DNA of 40,554 bases, taken from the NCBI GenBank assembly GCA_036507075.1, contig DASXQR010000133.1, positions 1-40,554 of the forward strand, read 5' to 3'. This document shows positions 36,981 to 40,554 of the stretch, piece after piece. Under the pieces are notes generated by a model. That model was not told where the DNA came from, ran no database searches, and worked only from the letters and a program-made list of their open reading frames with translations. The position numbers and the translations under genes are program-made. The stretch is from Acidobacteriota bacterium. Its GTDB lineage: Bacteria > Acidobacteriota > UBA6911 > JACQSX01. Within the stretch, counting starts at the first letter, position 1. Every line of letters begins with the position of its first letter.

Positions 36981-39266
36981 TCAAAATCGATGCAGGTACG
37001 ACGCCTTGAAGAAGAAGCCGCGGCGGGTGGTCAGGTATTCTCCCTGGCCGAGGATGGGCTGGGCCCCTGTAAAGTCCTTTCTTTCGATCAGTGATCCATA
37101 GCCCAGGTAGGTTACTGTTCCGGGCGCCAGTTCGTAGGAGCCCAGAAAATCGGTCAGCGCCCGATAGCGCGAGCTGTCGTACTGAAGGATGGCGCGCAGG
37201 AAGAAATGCTTGTCAAACTGGTAGGTGGTGCGTGTATTGACAATGTGCACGGTATATACCCGCTGTCGGCTAGAGACACGATCAAAACTCACGAAATTGT
37301 AACTGATCGTCTGGTTGACCTTCGCGTTCGGTTGGAGCGAGACCTGAGTGAATTGGGACAGCGAGTTTCCTGAAAAAGGGTTGACACGATCGAAAAAGAT
37401 CGAGCGGCCGAAAATCAACTGGGTGTTGAGATTCAGCCATCGAGTGAGTTGCGCAAAGCCAATCACCCGGTTGAAAGTTGTATCGAAATTCCTCCCCGCA
37501 AAAGATTGATAACCCTTTGCCGTGTCCATGCGGAAGAAGCCCTGCCGCGTGAAATGCATGCGAAAGCCGATCAGGCCGAATCTTTCATTGCCGCCCTCAA
37601 GCCTGTCACGTCCGTACTCGGCGTATACAAAAGGAACAAAACGCTTGAACCAGGGATACTTCTTGCTGTTCGGATACAAACTCAGTCCGGCGTAACTCCA
37701 CCCGTGGTTTATTCCTGTACGGTTGTAAAACGCCGTGTCCATCTGAAAGCCTTTGTCGTAATGCTCCAATTGAGTGACGAAGTCGTATCGCTTGCTCCCA
37801 TACCCGTAAGTGGTTTGGCCTGCAAAGCCGCTCTTGTTTTCCCGCGCATCGGCCGACGTGGTGGTTGACGCCAAAAACGTGGCGCTGAAACGGTGTTTGC
37901 CGAATTGAAGAGAAAGATCGTTGCCGGCAACGCGATTATGCCCGCGCGCAAACTCGGTATCAGTGAGGATCGCGCCTGCGTAGCGTCCCTTCCCGAGACT
38001 GTAAATGCCGCGGAGGATGTTAAAAGTCTTGTTTTCGCCCAGGTAAGGATTGACAGCCCCGGCAAGGGCGCGGCCCGGCGCCTCATCGGACGCGGTTAGT
38101 GTGGCAAACGTGAATTTTCCGATCGTCCCGCTCAGCTTCAATCCAAAAATCGGATCTTCGATCCTTCGCGTGTGTACCGCGGTCCTCATGTTCCCGTCGC
38201 CGCTTGTGCCGGCGAGTTCGAAAGTACCGGCGCCTTCCATGAAGAAAGGGCGCTTTTCGCTGAAGAACACGGGAAAACGCTGGTTGATTTCCACTTGAAA
38301 CGAATCACTTTCCACCTGGCTGAAATCCGGGTTGATCGTGCCGTCAAGCGTCACCGACGAGGTCAGGCCATATTTGACGCTCAGTCCTGCGTCCGGCCTG
38401 GAATCTGCATGGGCAAAATGGTCCGGCCGGTCACGACTCTGGTTGAAGGAATACGTAAAACTGGGAAGAGCCTCCAATGTCACCGGCTGTTTCAAATCGT
38501 GCAGCAGTAGAGTCGCATGGCGCCCCCAGATGGGTTTGCTGGGAGGCAAATCGGGCCATGAGGCGGACATTCCCAGACGGCTGATGCGACGCCAGAAGAG
38601 CACGCCCATGCGGACGGACTCACCGCTCTTGAAACGAATGCTTTTCAGCGGGACGCGCACTTCCACCGTGTAGCCTTCGGCGGTCAATTTGCCGGCACTG
38701 TCCCACACCCAGTCGGGTGCCACATCTTCTCCGGAAGTGCTGCTGGTGAGGATGTCACCCTGGACGCCGCTTGGATTCACAAACATGTCGTACGAGCTCT
38801 GGGCATTTCCCATTGAATCCAGGCTCAGACCGACCCAGTCGTCGTTCCACATGCGATCGCGCCGGCTGATGGTGGTCTTGATCTTGGAGGGTTCGGGATC
38901 CAGGCAGCGGAAAGCAAAATAAAGATAATCCTTGTCGTAACTCACCCACACTTCGGTTTTTTGCGCCAGTTTCTCGCCGTACAAAGGATTGTAAGTGAGC
39001 CAGTCCTCGATTTTCAGCGGGCCGTTTTTCCATGCTTCGTCATCGATGACCCCGTCGATAACAGGAGGTTTTGCAGCCAGCGGTATTTCCAGCGTGGGAG
39101 GGATAATCTGCGGCCCTGATTTTGTGTCGGTCCCCGCTTCGGGCTTCGCCCCTTTTGGCTTTGCAGCATCCGCTTTCTGAGCCGAAGAGCTCTGCGAAGT
39201 CTTTGAATCAGCAAAGAGCGGGACGCCAATCATCATCACAAGGATGATTACGACTGTCTGGCGCAA
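36981..39266 (-). CDS. CBM9-like plus DUF5916 outer-membrane protein
   Basis: Signal peptide; PVIDGVIDDEAW, YDKDYLYFAF, FVNPSGVQGD; TINPDFSQVESD, FFSEKRPFFMEG, HTRRI; ends KASYLHRF; RBS AAGGAGG before TTG. Confidence 0.88.
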   Translation of the reverse strand: MRQTVVIILVMMIGVPLFADSKTSQSSSAQKADAAKPKGAKPEAGTDTKSGPQIIPPTLEIPLAAKPPVIDGVIDDEAWKNGPLKIEDWLTYNPLYGEKLAQKTEVWVSYDKDYLYFAFRCLDPEPSKIKTTISRRDRMWNDDWVGLSLDSMGNAQSSYDMFVNPSGVQGDILTSSTSGEDVAPDWVWDSAGKLTAEGYTVEVRVPLKSIRFKSGESVRMGVLFWRRISRLGMSASWPDLPPSKPIWGRHATLLLHDLKQPVTLEALPSFTYSFNQSRDRPDHFAHADSRPDAGLSVKYGLTSSVTLDGTINPDFSQVESDSFQVEINQRFPVFFSEKRPFFMEGAGTFELAGTSGDGNMRTAVHTRRIEDPIFGLKLSGTIGKFTFATLTASDEAPGRALAGAVNPYLGENKTFNILRGIYSLGKGRYAGAILTDTEFARGHNRVAGNDLSLQFGKHRFSATFLASTTTSADARENKSGFAGQTTYGYGSKRYDFVTQLEHYDKGFQMDTAFYNRTGINHGWSYAGLSLYPNSKKYPWFKRFVPFVYAEYGRDRLEGGNERFGLIGFRMHFTRQGFFRMDTAKGYQSFAGRNFDTTFNRVIGFAQLTRWLNLNTQLIFGRSIFFDRVNPFSGNSLSQFTQVSLQPNAKVNQTISYNFVSFDRVSSRQRVYTVHIVNTRTTYQFDKHFFLRAILQYDSSRYRALTDFLGSYELAPGTVTYLGYGSLIERKDFTGAQPILGQGEYLTTRRGFFFKASYLHRF

Positions 39267-39453
39267 GCAAAACCCTCCTTCACAACAAAACGCAAAGCGA
39301 CCCGTGAATGTTCCGCACGCCGATTAGACTTAAGGAGTGGGAAAAAGGTTTCTTTTGGCTCCAGGTTATCGCGCTCGCATTGCCATCGCGCAGGCTCTGC
39401 AATAGGCGTGTTTGCAGCGTTCCGCGTTATGATGGATTATCAAAGGAGCTCTT

Positions 39454-40377
39454 ATGAAAAAAGTCATACTCTTACCCGGTCTCCTGATGCTTGCCTCAAT
39501 CGGGAAAATAGGGACAGACCCCATTTTCGCCTCTCCTATCCCTCAGGGATCTGTCCCTGCTGCGCAAATCGAGACGATTGTCGGAATAAAAGGCACGGCC
39601 CAAAGAGGTGAGTACAAGATCACCGTTCCGCAGAACGACCTTGCCGTCACGGTCGATGGTTTCCGGATCGTCCCCTTCATGGGCCTTGGCTCCTGGGCGG
39701 CGTTTACATCCGCCCCTGCCGGCGCCATGGTGATGGGAGATCTGGTGCTGCGGGAAACGGAAATCGCGCCGGTGCAGAAAGCCATAATCGATGCCGGACT
39801 GAATGTCACCGGATTACATAACCACTTTGTCCGTGACCGTCCGAAAGTGATGTTCATGCATATCCATGGCATGGGCGGCGTCGAAAAACTGGCCGGCGGC
39901 GTGCGCGCGGCTTTCGACAAGGTGAAACAACTGCGCGCGGCTGAAGGGTTAAAGGCTGAACCGGGCCGCGTGGAAAGCAGCTTTGATCCCAAGAAAATCG
40001 ATGCCATCATCGGCCACAGCGGAGAAATGAATAACGGTGTTTATAAAATCACCATCGGTCGACCCGATGTGGCGCTCACGGACATGGGCGCACCCGTCAG
40101 CGCATTTCTGGGTTTCAATACATGGATGGCTTTTCAGGGCACGCCGCAAAGAGCAGCGGTGGCAGGTGACTTTGCAATGCTGCAAACCGAAGTCGAACAT
40201 GTCATTCGGGCGCTGGTAGGCCACGGCATCGAAGTGGTGGCCGTTCACAACCACATGACGACGGAAAGTCCCAAGATTTTCTTCCTCCACTTTTGGGGAG
40301 TGGGGCCGGTAGAGGAACTGGCGCGCGGGCTGAAGGCGGGACTTGAAAAGACCACCGGATCGCGAATTAAGAATTGA
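39454..40377 (+). CDS. DUF1259 (LppY/LpqO-like) two-domain exported protein
   Basis: Two repeats: VMGDL..E....V....G...TGLHNHF...P.VMFMH and VAGDF....GIEVVAVHNHM..ESPKIFFLHFWG; RBS GGAG. Confidence 0.88.
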   Translation: MKKVILLPGLLMLASIGKIGTDPIFASPIPQGSVPAAQIETIVGIKGTAQRGEYKITVPQNDLAVTVDGFRIVPFMGLGSWAAFTSAPAGAMVMGDLVLRETEIAPVQKAIIDAGLNVTGLHNHFVRDRPKVMFMHIHGMGGVEKLAGGVRAAFDKVKQLRAAEGLKAEPGRVESSFDPKKIDAIIGHSGEMNNGVYKITIGRPDVALTDMGAPVSAFLGFNTWMAFQGTPQRAAVAGDFAMLQTEVEHVIRALVGHGIEVVAVHNHMTTESPKIFFLHFWGVGPVEELARGLKAGLEKTTGSRIKN

Positions 40378-40472
40378 AAAACTTCTCGCCACAATCCGAG
40401 CCGCGCGCGTAAGCCCGGATTATTCATAAACTGAAAGAATTGGCCGCTGATCTACTCGGAAAACACGGATTA

Positions 40473-40554
40473 GTATCGGGGTCGAGGGATGGGCTCCATC
40501 ACTGCAGTGTGTTAGTTTCGCCGAGCGTCGACGCCCATCCCTCGACCCCGATAC
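40473..40554. repeat. Perfect 22-bp inverted repeat ending at the window edge
   Basis: GTATCGGGGTCGAGGGATGGGC ... GCCCATCCCTCGACCCCGATAC. Confidence 0.85.

Overview
Bacterial chromosomal segment; gene content and repeat style suggest an Acidobacteriota-like organism (inference only). I saw no rRNA, tRNA, CRISPR array, transposase or integrase. Housekeeping and metabolic genes include purA, a YtrA/GntR-regulated ABC exporter, hppA, cstA, a Ca2+/H+ antiporter, DUF4912 plus a GH57 branching enzyme, an APC permease and pgi. Three things stand out. (1) A co-oriented minus-strand signalling cluster (15021-23688): hybrid kinase, secreted S8 protease with five C-terminal DG-x-x-W-[TS]-D repeats and a consensus sigma54 promoter, a stand-alone paralog of the kinase's membrane sensor domain, a REC-HD-GYP protein and a sigma54 activator with a FleQ-like HTH. 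It looks like a candidate protease/peptide autoinduction system. (2) An operon behind a Fur-type box (32800-36766): outer-membrane barrel, FMN-binding protein, ApbE and a His-containing membrane protein. (3) Most longer intergenic spacers hold nested palindromic elements built from 6-, 7-, 9- or 22-nt units; one is translated in-frame inside a signal peptide.
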